A stretch of DNA of 64,000 nt from Alphaproteobacteria bacterium (GTDB taxonomy: Bacteria; Pseudomonadota; Alphaproteobacteria; MPNO01; UBA830): positions 320,001 to 384,000 of the forward strand of contig OZ251539.1 of the NCBI GenBank assembly GCA_965243135.1, written 5' to 3'. Positions 31,692-41,758 of this stretch are shown piece after piece. Position numbers and translations under genes: made by a program. Under the pieces are notes generated by a model. The model made no database searches, was not told the origin of the DNA, and saw only the letters and a list, made by a program, of their open reading frames with translations. Within the stretch, counting starts at the first letter, position 1. Each line of letters starts with the position of its first letter.

Positions 31692-33350
31692 ATGGAGACA
31701 GTACGGACCGGGCGCAGCCCAAGCGCCCTCGGGGAACAACTGGCGCCGGTGCTGCTGCGAATGCGGCGGGCGCGGGTCGAACCCGTGTGCCAGGTGACGA
31801 TGTCGGTTCCAACCGACGATGTCGATGCAACGTTCGGCGCGGCGCGGACCGAGGCGCTGCGGTGGATGCAGGAACGAGCGGGCCGCCGGTTGCCGGCCGA
31901 GGCGTGGGACGGCGGCAGTTTCGATCTGGCGGATATCGGGGCGCCGCGGACGGAGGCGACGTTCCTCGAAGAAATCGGCTACTGGGCGGGGCGGGTGGAC
32001 GCCGTCGACGCGACCGCGCCGGAACGTTCCTGGACCACCGAAACCGCGGTCGTGGAGGTCGCCGGGACGATCAGGTTCGGCGCGCGCCTCACCTGCGTCG
32101 TCCGCGGGGAAAGCGAGCCGTTCGTTCCGTCGGTTCCCGGGCCTGTGAAGCAGGTCGTCGACGGATGCGGCGGCGTTCTCGACGGCCGGTCGATCGGCGG
32201 AGGGCCCTGGCTCGTCGATACGCCGGAAGAGGCGTTCCGGCTCGTCGAGTTTATGTCCAGTCCCGACCGCCAATGCGACGTTCTCGCCATTTCGACCCGG
32301 GGTTCGAGCGACGATCCCGACGCCACCCTGATTCAGGCCCGGTCCGTGTTCGAGCGGACGATCGGAGCCGCTCATGTCGTCGTCGTCACGGCGACGGGCA
32401 ACTACGCCCTGACCGAGCTGGTCGGAAAGGAGCTGTCGGTTTTCCGGCAGGCCGTCCGGACGTACAGGCCTGGTTTCGATCCGGAAGGCGCGGCGCCTCG
32501 CGAACATCCGCTGGCGCTCGGCATGCGCATAGCGGACTGGCCGGGGGGACCGTCCGGTTTCGAGGATTTCCTCGTGGCCAACTGCCTGCGCGGCACCGTC
32601 GACCGGCCGGACCGCGAACGCCTGCTGCCGTCCTATGTCGCGATCAAGCAGGCCGCGCAGAAGTTGCGCAAGAAAACCGCGGCCGCCGGTTCGATAACGG
32701 ACTCCGAGCGCGTGGCGGTGCTGGAAAACGAAGAGCTCAGGAGGGACAACCAGGATTACGAAGCCCTGCTCGAGATCGCCGAAGAGGAGCTGAGCCAGGT
32801 TCGGGACGAGCGCGACGCCGCGAGAGGCGAAATCTGGCGCCTCAAGAACCGGGTCGAATATCTGGAGCGGCAGGACGTCCGGGGCCCGGTCGCCGAAGAC
32901 GAAATACCGGACGCTTTCGACGATCTGGAACGATGGGCGGCCCGGCATCTGGCCGGGAAGGTGACGCTTACCGGTCGCGCGATACGGGCCGCGAAGGATT
33001 CGCCGTTCGAGGATGCGCGCCTCGCTTATCGCGCGCTCCTCATCCTGCGGGACCGCTACGTTCCCATGCGCCGGGAGGGCGGTCTCGATCTCAAGGAGGC
33101 GTACCGAAAGGCGCTGGAGAAGGAAGCGCTTCAGGAGCAGCCGACGTTCGCGGGAACTCGATCCGGGGAGCACGGAGACGTCTATTTCGTCAGGCACCGG
33201 GGGAGAAGGCGGGAACTCGACCTGCACCTGAAAGGAAGCGACTCCCGGGATCCACGTTTCGGCTTTCGCCTGTACTTCTTCTGGGACAACGAGAACGAGG
33301 AGGTCGTCGTGGGGTCGCTTCCGAACCACCTCAAGACGAGAATCACCTGA
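31692..33350 (+). CDS. Unknown N-terminal domain + coiled coil + C-terminal RelE-like domain
   Basis: Coiled coil ERVAVLENEEL...LKNRVEYLE; C-terminal LHLKG...FRLYFFWD...VVVGSLPNHL. Confidence 0.65.
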   Translation: METVRTGRSPSALGEQLAPVLLRMRRARVEPVCQVTMSVPTDDVDATFGAARTEALRWMQERAGRRLPAEAWDGGSFDLADIGAPRTEATFLEEIGYWAGRVDAVDATAPERSWTTETAVVEVAGTIRFGARLTCVVRGESEPFVPSVPGPVKQVVDGCGGVLDGRSIGGGPWLVDTPEEAFRLVEFMSSPDRQCDVLAISTRGSSDDPDATLIQARSVFERTIGAAHVVVVTATGNYALTELVGKELSVFRQAVRTYRPGFDPEGAAPREHPLALGMRIADWPGGPSGFEDFLVANCLRGTVDRPDRERLLPSYVAIKQAAQKLRKKTAAAGSITDSERVAVLENEELRRDNQDYEALLEIAEEELSQVRDERDAARGEIWRLKNRVEYLERQDVRGPVAEDEIPDAFDDLERWAARHLAGKVTLTGRAIRAAKDSPFEDARLAYRALLILRDRYVPMRREGGLDLKEAYRKALEKEALQEQPTFAGTRSGEHGDVYFVRHRGRRRELDLHLKGSDSRDPRFGFRLYFFWDNENEEVVVGSLPNHLKTRIT

Positions 33351-33737
33351 ACGGCGACGGGCCGGGCGTCCCGGATGCAGGCTGAACTGTCGGCGACGAC
33401 GGCTTGCGGCTCTGTTTCGACCCCTTGCGCCCGGAGAGCCGGGCGGCGGAGGAACCGGCCGTTCCTTCGACGAGCGCTGCGGAAGATGTACAGACTTTCA
33501 TGCGGCTTCGCGGAAGCCAATTCCTTGCAGGAACTTTCGGTATCCGCCGGAATGTCGGAATGCTGGTCTTCCCATCCCGCCGCCAAGGGCGAACGCATCC
33601 GAGGAAGCGGCGGTCCAAGTCGCGGCGATGGTGGCGGGCGGCCGGAAAAATGATTGTTGGCGGGGCGGTTTCAGCCAACGGTGCTACGGACTCTTCACGA
33701 GACGATCCGGTATGATCGCGCACGAGAGGAACGGCGG

Positions 33738-34760
33738 ATGAAGATTTTACTTTTTCTTGCGCTCGTTTTGGCGGCGTCGGCCGGTTCGGCGACAGGCCAG
33801 GCGTTCGAAGAGTCCCGAGCGGCCTATGATCGCGGCGATTACGCAACGGCTTTACGAGGGTTTCGTCCGCTCGCCGCCCAAGGACACGCTGAGGCTCAGC
33901 TCTTGCTCGGCAGCATGTACGTCCGAGGCCGGGGCGTTGCGAAGGACGCCGCCGAGGCTGCGAAGTGGTTTCGCCGCGCCGCCGAACAGGGAGACGCCGA
34001 CGCTCAGTTCTTGCTCGGCAGCATGTACTTCCAAGGCCGGGGCGTTGCGAAGGACGATGCCGAAGCCGTGAAGTGGTGTCGCCGCGCCGCTGAACAGGGA
34101 AACGCCACGGCTCAGTACATCCTCGGCAGCATGTACGTCCAAGGCCGGGGCGTTGCGAAGGACGATGCCGAAGCCGTGAAGTGGTATCGCCGCGCCGCTG
34201 AACAGGGAAACGCCACGGCTCAGTACTTCCTCGGGGGCATGTATGCCCGCGGCGAGGGCGTTGCTGAGAACGCTGCGGAGGCTGCGACGTGGTATCGCCG
34301 CGCCGCCGAACAGGGAGACGCCGACGCTCAGTTACGCCTCGGGGGCATGTACGCCCGCGGCGAGGGCGTTGCTGAGAACGCTGCGGAGGCTGCGAAGTGG
34401 TATCGCCGCGCCGCCGAACAGGGAGACGCCGACGCTCAGTTACGCCTCGGGGGCATGTACGCCAACGGCGAGGGCGTTGCTGAGAACGCTGCGGAGGCTG
34501 TGAAGTGGTATCGCCGCGCCGCCGAACAGGGAGACGCCCTCGCTCAGTTACACCTCGGGGCCATGTACTACAAGGGCAGCGGCGTTCCCCAGAACTACCT
34601 TCGAGCGCATGTATGGATAAACTTGGCCGCTTCCCGGCTGGCGGGCGTGCAACGCGAGGCTGCTGTCATATTTCGCGATAAAGTTGCGAAGTTGCTGTCG
34701 AAATCGGAACTCGGGCGCGCGCAACGCATGGCGGAAGAGTGGCGGGCCAAGACCGAGTGA
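33738..34760 (+). CDS. Secreted Sel1-repeat protein A (7 repeats)
   Basis: Signal peptide MKILLFLALVLAASAGSA; 36-aa AQ..LG.MY..G.GV.....EA.KWYRRAAEQG repeats. Confidence 0.92.
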   Translation: MKILLFLALVLAASAGSATGQAFEESRAAYDRGDYATALRGFRPLAAQGHAEAQLLLGSMYVRGRGVAKDAAEAAKWFRRAAEQGDADAQFLLGSMYFQGRGVAKDDAEAVKWCRRAAEQGNATAQYILGSMYVQGRGVAKDDAEAVKWYRRAAEQGNATAQYFLGGMYARGEGVAENAAEAATWYRRAAEQGDADAQLRLGGMYARGEGVAENAAEAAKWYRRAAEQGDADAQLRLGGMYANGEGVAENAAEAVKWYRRAAEQGDALAQLHLGAMYYKGSGVPQNYLRAHVWINLAASRLAGVQREAAVIFRDKVAKLLSKSELGRAQRMAEEWRAKTE

Positions 34761-34948
34761 CGGTTGCCGCGGCGCGGACAGAGGTGCGCACGGAACGAAC
34801 GGGTTCGCTGGTTTCGCGAAACCCTGCAGACGCCGCACCCGGAGCGCACGAGTTCCGGCACCCGGCTGCGAACCTTCTTTCTGTCGCCGGAAGAGCGTAG
34901 TAGTTTTCCTCGTCCCGTTCGCGCCGCGGGGCCGGAAAGAAGGAGCCG

Positions 34949-35305
34949 ATGGCGAGAGACATCTACCAGGAGGTCGCCGACACGATCCTGGCCCAGTTCG
35001 AAAAAGGCGTGTGGCCGTGGGAGATCGGCGTCGAGGCGGAGAAGCCGGCCCCGACCCTTCCCCTTCGCCACAACGGCGAACCCTACCGCTAGGCGCAGGA
35101 ACTCGGCGGCAATGTCCGCAAGGGCGAAAAGGGCGTCCTCGGCACCTTCGCCAAGACCTGGGCGAAGAAGGAGCCCGAGACCGGCATTGAGGAGGAGAAG
35201 GAGGTTCCGGTCATGAAGGGCTACACCGTCTTCAACGTCGTCCAGATCGACAGCTTGCCGCAGCGGTACTACGAACGGAAGTCCGAGGAAATGAGTCCGG
35301 CGACT
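34949..35305 (+). pseudogene. ardC: ardC 5' remnant
   Basis: Near-identical to 52268 onward (MARDIYQEV.DTILAQ.EKGV) with internal deletions and a stop. Confidence 0.85.
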
Positions 35306-35472
35306 CGGGGCGAGCGGCGGAGATTCTATTTGGCAGGGGCCGGGTATCCGGCAACCTTGAAGGCAATGCCCTTACCGGCCTTCCCGTTTCCTCATTGCCT
35401 GTCGCTTACCGCAAGAAGCCGGTATGTTTGTCCGGCGCATTCGAAAATGGCGCGCGGGATGAGGCTGACAAA

Positions 35473-36333
35473 ATGACAGGCAGGCGGCAAAATGTTCCAA
35501 AAGGTAGCGAAATCCCGACGAAGATCTGGCTGGAGCAGATTGAAATGAAGAAGATAATGTTTGTGGGGCTGGACGGGGAAGGGCCGCCAGATTTCACGGG
35601 AGAATACCTCGAAGAGAAAATCGCTGTCGAAGCGTGCCTCCTTTACGACAAGAGCGTTTGGGGAAGAACAATAGAGACGGCAGTGAAAGAAATGCTCGAA
35701 TCACTGATTCGCGAAGTCGGGTCCGAAGAAGGGATAGGTATCCACTGGTTAGTCGAATATGATGAACAGGATCGACCTCCGAAAAATACGGATCGCAAGA
35801 GCCTCAAGAAACAGATAAAAGCGGTTGTGCGATCAGTGAAATCCGACGGTATGTGGGGACGGGAATTTTCGATCAGAGCACAGGACAAATCGGATGGGAG
35901 GGGCATAACGCTTGTTCCGGTCGGACAGGCGACAAATGAAACGACAATCAGCGGATGGGGCGCAGATACCGGGCAGATTTTGTACGGTGACGAGCTGGGG
36001 ATGCAGATTGGCGCTCTGGTATCGGAAAAGGCTCGAAAAGTGCGCAAGAGCGAGAGGGCGCGAGCATTCGACAGATGGTGGCTCATCCTCGACGATGAAG
36101 TGACCTTTGCAATGGACATACTCTCTCCCGGTAGCGAGCCCGCTTTACTCAAACACATCCGCGAGGCGGAAGGCTTCGAAATGTGGAGCAAAATCGTGCT
36201 GCTGAGCAGAATGCGGGACACGGTGCTTCCCCCGGATTCGCCGCTGTGGTTCAAGCCCCTCTGGGAAGATCCACGATGTCCGCCTCTTCCGGTATCTCCA
36301 TCACCAGCCGAACCATATGTGTTCCGCCTTTAG
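35473..36333 (+). CDS. Hypothetical protein, probable PD-(D/E)XK nuclease fold
   Basis: EGPPDF...IAVEA near the N-terminus and K..K......WWLILDD later; lower GC than flanks. Confidence 0.55.
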   Translation: MTGRRQNVPKGSEIPTKIWLEQIEMKKIMFVGLDGEGPPDFTGEYLEEKIAVEACLLYDKSVWGRTIETAVKEMLESLIREVGSEEGIGIHWLVEYDEQDRPPKNTDRKSLKKQIKAVVRSVKSDGMWGREFSIRAQDKSDGRGITLVPVGQATNETTISGWGADTGQILYGDELGMQIGALVSEKARKVRKSERARAFDRWWLILDDEVTFAMDILSPGSEPALLKHIREAEGFEMWSKIVLLSRMRDTVLPPDSPLWFKPLWEDPRCPPLPVSPSPAEPYVFRL

Positions 36334-36674
36334 GTTCGGAATGATCGGATGAGCGGCGCTTCGACTTCTCGATCGATCAAGCGAAGGTCGATGCCCGCTC
36401 TCTACGGTCCGTACGCCGCACGCACCAGCGTTCCGCCGGTACGTTTCGGGGCGCCCGACACGGTGCGGAAGGGCGATATGCCCGTCCGTGCGGATTCAAC
36501 GACGGAAGAGAAATGGAACCCCCGCTTCGGATCTTTGGCGTCCGCGAGGGCTACGATTTTGCAGCTGGGAACGGGAAATCGTGTTGTGGAGACCTTCCAT
36601 CGTGCGTTGCCTCTCTTCGGCGCGACGGACATAGAATGCCCTGGCACTGCTGAAACCTGTTGAAATGTTCGGCT

Positions 36675-39600
36675 ATGTCGACGGAATACATCGATCTTGA
36701 CCGGCGATTTCGCGACCTTGACTGCATGTGGAACGAGGATCCGGAATCGCTTCTTGCCGTACTCGATCACGGTTTATTTGCGTATGGCGATGCACGGAGG
36801 CTGATCGGATGGCCGGAACTTCTGGAGCATGACCGGATCGTCTTGCTCGCGGAGTCCGGCGCCGGAAAGACCAGGGAGATGGAAGAGCAGGCGAAGCGTC
36901 TCGCCGGAGACGGCAAGCATGCGTTCTTTCTGACGCTGAACGATCTTGCCCGTGGCGAAGGGCCGATCGACGTTCTCCTTTCTCGGGAAGAGGAAAGGAG
37001 ACTGAAAACGTGGGTGGACGACGGGGCGGCGGCGGCCTGGTTTTTTCTCGACGCGGCGGACGAGATGAAGCTTGCAGGAGGTCAGCTCGACCGGGCGTTG
37101 CTCAGGCTTTCGCGGGATATAGATGTTCGCCGCGCTTGCATCGTCATATCCTGCCGTCCGGGCGACTGGCGACCGGAAACAGATGCGGCGACTGTGCTGA
37201 AACGGCTGCCGGTCGAGAAGCGGGAAACCGCAATCTCCTCGTCGCCTTCGGAAGAAGCGTTCCTCGCTCCCCTTCGGCGCGACGATACGGAAGTTGCCGG
37301 CCGGGAGGAGGCCAGCCTCCAAAACGCCGTGCGAACCGTGACCGTTTTCCCGATGTACCGAGGGCAGATCGAGCGTTTGTCGAAAGTCTGCGGCATCGAG
37401 AACACGGGTCGATTTCTGGAAGAGATCGACCGGCAGGATGCGTGGCATCTGGCGCGCACGCCGCTGGGCCTGAACCATTTGGCCGCCACATGGAAGCGGA
37501 CGAAGGATCTCGGCACGCTGGAGCAGCAGTACGAGGCAAGCGTCGAGGACAGGTTGAGGGAACGGCATCCCGACCGGCCCGACAGCGGAGTCCTCGACGC
37601 CGAACGGTCGCGCCGCGGAGCGGAGAAGCTTGCCTTGGCGCTTGCCCTCACGCGCAAGAACGCCGTTCGCTCGCCGGAACTCAGGGCAGACGGGAATGAA
37701 GGCGACGAAAACGTGCTCGATCCCGCGCAAATCCTCTGTTGGACGGAAGCGGAATGGCGGACGTTGTTGCGGCGGCCTTTGTTCGATCCTGCCGGGTGCG
37801 GGCGCGTTCGCTTCCACCATCTCTCGGTCCAGGACTACCTGGCCGCCCGATGCCTGCGACGACTGCGCGAGAAGGGCCTGTCGCCAAGCGAGCTGCTCCG
37901 CCACTTGTTCGGTCAAGGAGGGGTATTCCCCGCCATGCGCGGCATAGCCGCATGGCTCGCGCTTTGGGACGCTCCGACGCGTATCGAACTGGTTGGGCGC
38001 GAACCGGAGGTCTTGCTTTCGCATGGAGATCCCGAGTCGCTGGATCGGGACGCTCGAGCCGACATCGTGCGGTCGTTCGTCCGCAGGTATGGTCAGGGAG
38101 GATGGCGTGGCCTGAAAATCGATCAGGTTCACCGGTTTGCGCATCCGGACCTTGCGCCCGGGATACGCGAGTGCTGGGGGAACGGGCCGCCCAACGAGGA
38201 GGTCCGGAAGCTCCTGATCGCACTTATTGAAGCGGGTCCGGTCGAAGATTGCGCAGATTTGGCCGATACAGCGGCGCGAAACAAGGGCTGGGATTCTTAC
38301 CATCGTGCCGACGCGATTCGCGCACTGATCGCCTGCGATCGGAAAGACCTCGTTCAGAAGATCGCGGACGAGATGCCGAGGGTGCCGGAAGACTGGCCCG
38401 ACGAAGTCGTGATCGATATCGCCCCGCGTCTGTTTCCGGAATTCATCGCGGCCGACGGATTGACGACTCTGGCAGAGCGGATCGGCGACCAAACGCAGGC
38501 GGTAAACGACTTTGCCTGGAAACTGCAGGAGATTGTCAGGGGCGTTCAACCATGGTCCGGGGCGGCCGTATCCTTGCGCGACGGAATGGCGGATCTCGTC
38601 TGGCGCGGACGCGGCGCTGAACAGGGTGACTGGAACCTCAGGAGCCGGTTCGACTACCTGTCACCGCCGCTTGCGCTCCTGTGCGGACGACAACTGGAAA
38701 CGCTTTCGGGGCGGTGCGCCGCCGGACTGATTCGCGCCTGCGTGATCGCATCCCGTTTCGGCAGGAGCGAGAGGAACGTGAGAGAGTCCGTCGCCATGCT
38801 GAGGGACAGCATCGCTGCAGCGATGCGGTCCGATGTCTTTTGGAGCGAACTGGAAGTCATCGACGAAATCGCTCCGGCCGACGACGACTGGCAGCGATTT
38901 TATCGCGTCGCGCAATACGGGCTCGTTGATTTTCCCGCTGCCTCGGACCGGCAATGGCTATTGGATGCACTGGGAGACGAAAATCGGCCGGAACGGCGCA
39001 CAGTCGCTCTTTATGCCTTGATACGGATCTGGAACCGGCAGGACGCTTCGGAACTCGACGACATGCGAAGGATTATCGGGGAAGACGCCGCTCTCGGCCG
39101 GATTCTGGAAGAGTGCACTGCCCTTCCATCGCCGGAGAAAATCGAAAAAAACAGCAAGCGCGAGCGTGAAATCGCGTTCCTGAAGCAGGAAAACGAACGC
39201 GAGGAAGAACGACAGTTGAAAAAGTGGAGGGAATGGCGGACGAGTCTGCTGGCCGATCCTGACGACGCCTTCTCGCCAGAGAACAGGAACGGGACGCTTT
39301 CCAGAATTTTTTCATGGCTGCACCAATCCAGCGGAAGCGCCAATCGCTGCAATTTCTGGAACGAAGAGGCTTTGACGCAGGCGTTCGGCGCGGCCGTCGC
39401 CCACCGTACGGTGGAGGCGATTCGAGAACGCTGGAGTGACACACGGCCGACGCTCTGGTCCGAGAGACCGGTCGAATCCAGAGACCTGATTTCCGGTGAT
39501 TGGATCATTGGATTGGCGGGAGTCTCGGCCGAGATCGCGAAGGACGGTGCGGCTTCCTTGACGCCCGAGGAAGCATGCACGGCAGCGATATACGCGACCA

Positions 39601-40991
39601 TCAAACTGAACGGCTTTGCGCCTTTTATCGCTGATCTTGTGAAAGCTCGTCCTCTGGAGGTGGAAAAAGTGATCGGCGGCGAAGCGAGCGCCCAGCTCCG
39701 CATGGGCAACGAACACGATCATTTGCCGATCCTTCGGGATCTTGCATACGCCGAACCCCCTCTCAAGCGTCTGTTGGCCCCTCGTTTGCTTGCGGAGATC
39801 ACGACCTGGCCGCATGCCGTTGCAGCAGCGGAAGTTCCGCGACGGGTGGATCATCTCGGTCATTTGCTGCGTATTCTGGCCGACAGCGGGAAGCAACAAG
39901 CGGAAGTCGCGGAGAAATGCGCCGGCCGCTACGAGGCAGATCCCGAGGGCGTTTTTGCGATCACGTGGTTGCGCGGCTTGTTTCAGGTCGACGCGGCCTG
40001 GGGAGCGAAGCTCCTGACGGGATCGCTTTCCGAAGCAGGCAATCCCGCTGTTCGCGAGCGCGGGGTCGAGAGCTTGGCCGCGCTCTTCGGCCAGCCGGAC
40101 GCAGTGGTCTTCAAGACTAAGGATCCGGCCCAACGGGTGGACTCTCTCGAGCGACTCGTCCGGTGCGCTTACGCCTGCGTTCGCCCGGAAGACGACAACG
40201 TCCGCGGCGGAGATACCCCGGCATCGCGCGACGATGCCGAATGGGCGCGGAATTCGCTGCTGTCGATGTTGCTCGATTGCAGCGGGCCAGCGGCGTGGCG
40301 GGCTGTCGAGAGGCTCGCGGACGAGGAAAACTTCGCGGGTATCAGGGATGCCATGCTGTATCGCCGGAGTCTGGCGCTCGACGCCGAGTTCGTCCCGCTC
40401 CCTCCAGAAGCAGTGGTCGACTTGATGACGCGCTTCGAGAGCCGTCCTCAGGACGTAAACAGCCTGATGGATATCTTGTTGGGGCGGTTGGAAGACATCG
40501 ATCATTATCGGAAGCATGGTCGCCACTCTGATCGGCGCAGGTGGCAAAGCGGAAATCAGGAAATCGATATGCAGCTCTGGCTCGCCGAGCGTCTCGAAAA
40601 GGGGGCGAACGGCATCTATGATAGTGTGGTGCGGGAGCCGCAGGACGCCGACAGGAAGCGGCCGGATATCCTGATTTCTGCCGGTGATCTGAACATAGCC
40701 GTCGAGGTGAAGTTCGCGGATCAGCGCAGCCCGAACATGCTTGAACAGGCGCTTCGTGACCAGCTCGTGGGGCGGTATATGAGGCACTCAAGCTGCGCGG
40801 CGGGCTGCTTGCTGCTTACGTACCGCGGAAAGCAGAAATCTTGGCGGCACCCGGACACCGGCGAACGGCTCGAGTTTACGAATGTGGTCGAATTCCTTCG
40901 GGACAGGGCGCGCGCAATCGAAAAGGAGGATGAGCGCGATATCCGCATCGAAGTATTCGGCATCGACCTGACCGATCCGTTGATCGCCTGA
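36675..40991 (+). CDS. NACHT/STAND NTPase (NLR-like) with C-terminal PD-(D/E)XK nuclease
   Basis: Walker A AESGAGKT, Walker B FFLDAADE, ISCRP, TPL and FHHLSVQDYLAA; long helical region; C-terminal REPQ.ADRKRPDI...IAVEVK. Confidence 0.85.
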   Translation: MSTEYIDLDRRFRDLDCMWNEDPESLLAVLDHGLFAYGDARRLIGWPELLEHDRIVLLAESGAGKTREMEEQAKRLAGDGKHAFFLTLNDLARGEGPIDVLLSREEERRLKTWVDDGAAAAWFFLDAADEMKLAGGQLDRALLRLSRDIDVRRACIVISCRPGDWRPETDAATVLKRLPVEKRETAISSSPSEEAFLAPLRRDDTEVAGREEASLQNAVRTVTVFPMYRGQIERLSKVCGIENTGRFLEEIDRQDAWHLARTPLGLNHLAATWKRTKDLGTLEQQYEASVEDRLRERHPDRPDSGVLDAERSRRGAEKLALALALTRKNAVRSPELRADGNEGDENVLDPAQILCWTEAEWRTLLRRPLFDPAGCGRVRFHHLSVQDYLAARCLRRLREKGLSPSELLRHLFGQGGVFPAMRGIAAWLALWDAPTRIELVGREPEVLLSHGDPESLDRDARADIVRSFVRRYGQGGWRGLKIDQVHRFAHPDLAPGIRECWGNGPPNEEVRKLLIALIEAGPVEDCADLADTAARNKGWDSYHRADAIRALIACDRKDLVQKIADEMPRVPEDWPDEVVIDIAPRLFPEFIAADGLTTLAERIGDQTQAVNDFAWKLQEIVRGVQPWSGAAVSLRDGMADLVWRGRGAEQGDWNLRSRFDYLSPPLALLCGRQLETLSGRCAAGLIRACVIASRFGRSERNVRESVAMLRDSIAAAMRSDVFWSELEVIDEIAPADDDWQRFYRVAQYGLVDFPAASDRQWLLDALGDENRPERRTVALYALIRIWNRQDASELDDMRRIIGEDAALGRILEECTALPSPEKIEKNSKREREIAFLKQENEREEERQLKKWREWRTSLLADPDDAFSPENRNGTLSRIFSWLHQSSGSANRCNFWNEEALTQAFGAAVAHRTVEAIRERWSDTRPTLWSERPVESRDLISGDWIIGLAGVSAEIAKDGAASLTPEEACTAAIYATIKLNGFAPFIADLVKARPLEVEKVIGGEASAQLRMGNEHDHLPILRDLAYAEPPLKRLLAPRLLAEITTWPHAVAAAEVPRRVDHLGHLLRILADSGKQQAEVAEKCAGRYEADPEGVFAITWLRGLFQVDAAWGAKLLTGSLSEAGNPAVRERGVESLAALFGQPDAVVFKTKDPAQRVDSLERLVRCAYACVRPEDDNVRGGDTPASRDDAEWARNSLLSMLLDCSGPAAWRAVERLADEENFAGIRDAMLYRRSLALDAEFVPLPPEAVVDLMTRFESRPQDVNSLMDILLGRLEDIDHYRKHGRHSDRRRWQSGNQEIDMQLWLAERLEKGANGIYDSVVREPQDADRKRPDILISAGDLNIAVEVKFADQRSPNMLEQALRDQLVGRYMRHSSCAAGCLLLTYRGKQKSWRHPDTGERLEFTNVVEFLRDRARAIEKEDERDIRIEVFGIDLTDPLIA

Positions 40992-41099
40992 CGGACCATG
41001 CCGCCGCTCGCTTTCCGAGTTCGAAACATTCCGGGGGCATGGCGCGGGCCGCACGCCGCATTCCTGTCGTCCCGAGCATACTACACGGCCCGCCCTGAC

Positions 41100-41450
41100 G
41101 GCCGCGGGTAAAGCCGCCGGGAAAAAGGAAGCGCGGCGCGGGACATCTACCAGGAAATCTCCGGACCAATGTCGCTCGCCTCTGGTACGGCGCCTCCGAA
41201 CGCGGCTACGGATGCCCAATTGGACGACTTGCCGCTATGCACAGGAACTCCGCGGCGATGTCTGCAAGGGCGAAAAAGGGCACCCTCGTGACCTTCGCCA
41301 AGAACTGCGCGAAGAGGGATCCGAGGGCGGAATCGAGGAGGAAAAGGAGGTTCCGCCAAGGGCCATAGCGTCTTCAACGTCGCCCGGATCGACGGCTCGT
41401 CGCAGGATCGAGCGAAATCCGCGAGCTCGGCGGCGGGGTGAAAGCTGCCG
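41100..41450 (+). pseudogene. ardC: Highly decayed ardC 5' remnant
   Basis: GACATCTACCAGGAA, CAGGAACTC..CGGC.ATGTC.GCAAGGGCGAAAA and GAGGAGGAAAAGGAGGTTCCG match ardC at 52268. Confidence 0.7.
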
Positions 41451-41758
41451 ATCCGCCGAATTTTCTGCCCCGCGGCGATTGCCGCCGAAACCAGCTGATC
41501 CGGAGGACGGCAGCCCCTGCGCCAGTCCAACCCTTCCGTCGCCCCCGGCGACCTTGAAGGCAGCCCTCGATCATTGGTCTGCGGCGAGCTCGTTTTCGTA
41601 GCTGGTTCTCGCCGCAGGGAACGCCCGTCTGTCCGGCTGTCGCATAACTTTGCAGGTTTCAGCTTTCGACTTGCAGACGTTCTTCCGGTCTCCGATAAAA
41701 CGATTCGGCAAGCACGGTGGAAACGGGCGTTCCGACAGGAGGAAGATTGCCGGATAGC

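Noticed and set aside
33850-34620. Regular 108-bp repeats resembling a CRISPR array
   Set aside because: They are in-frame Sel1 coding repeats with no unique spacers and no cas genes.
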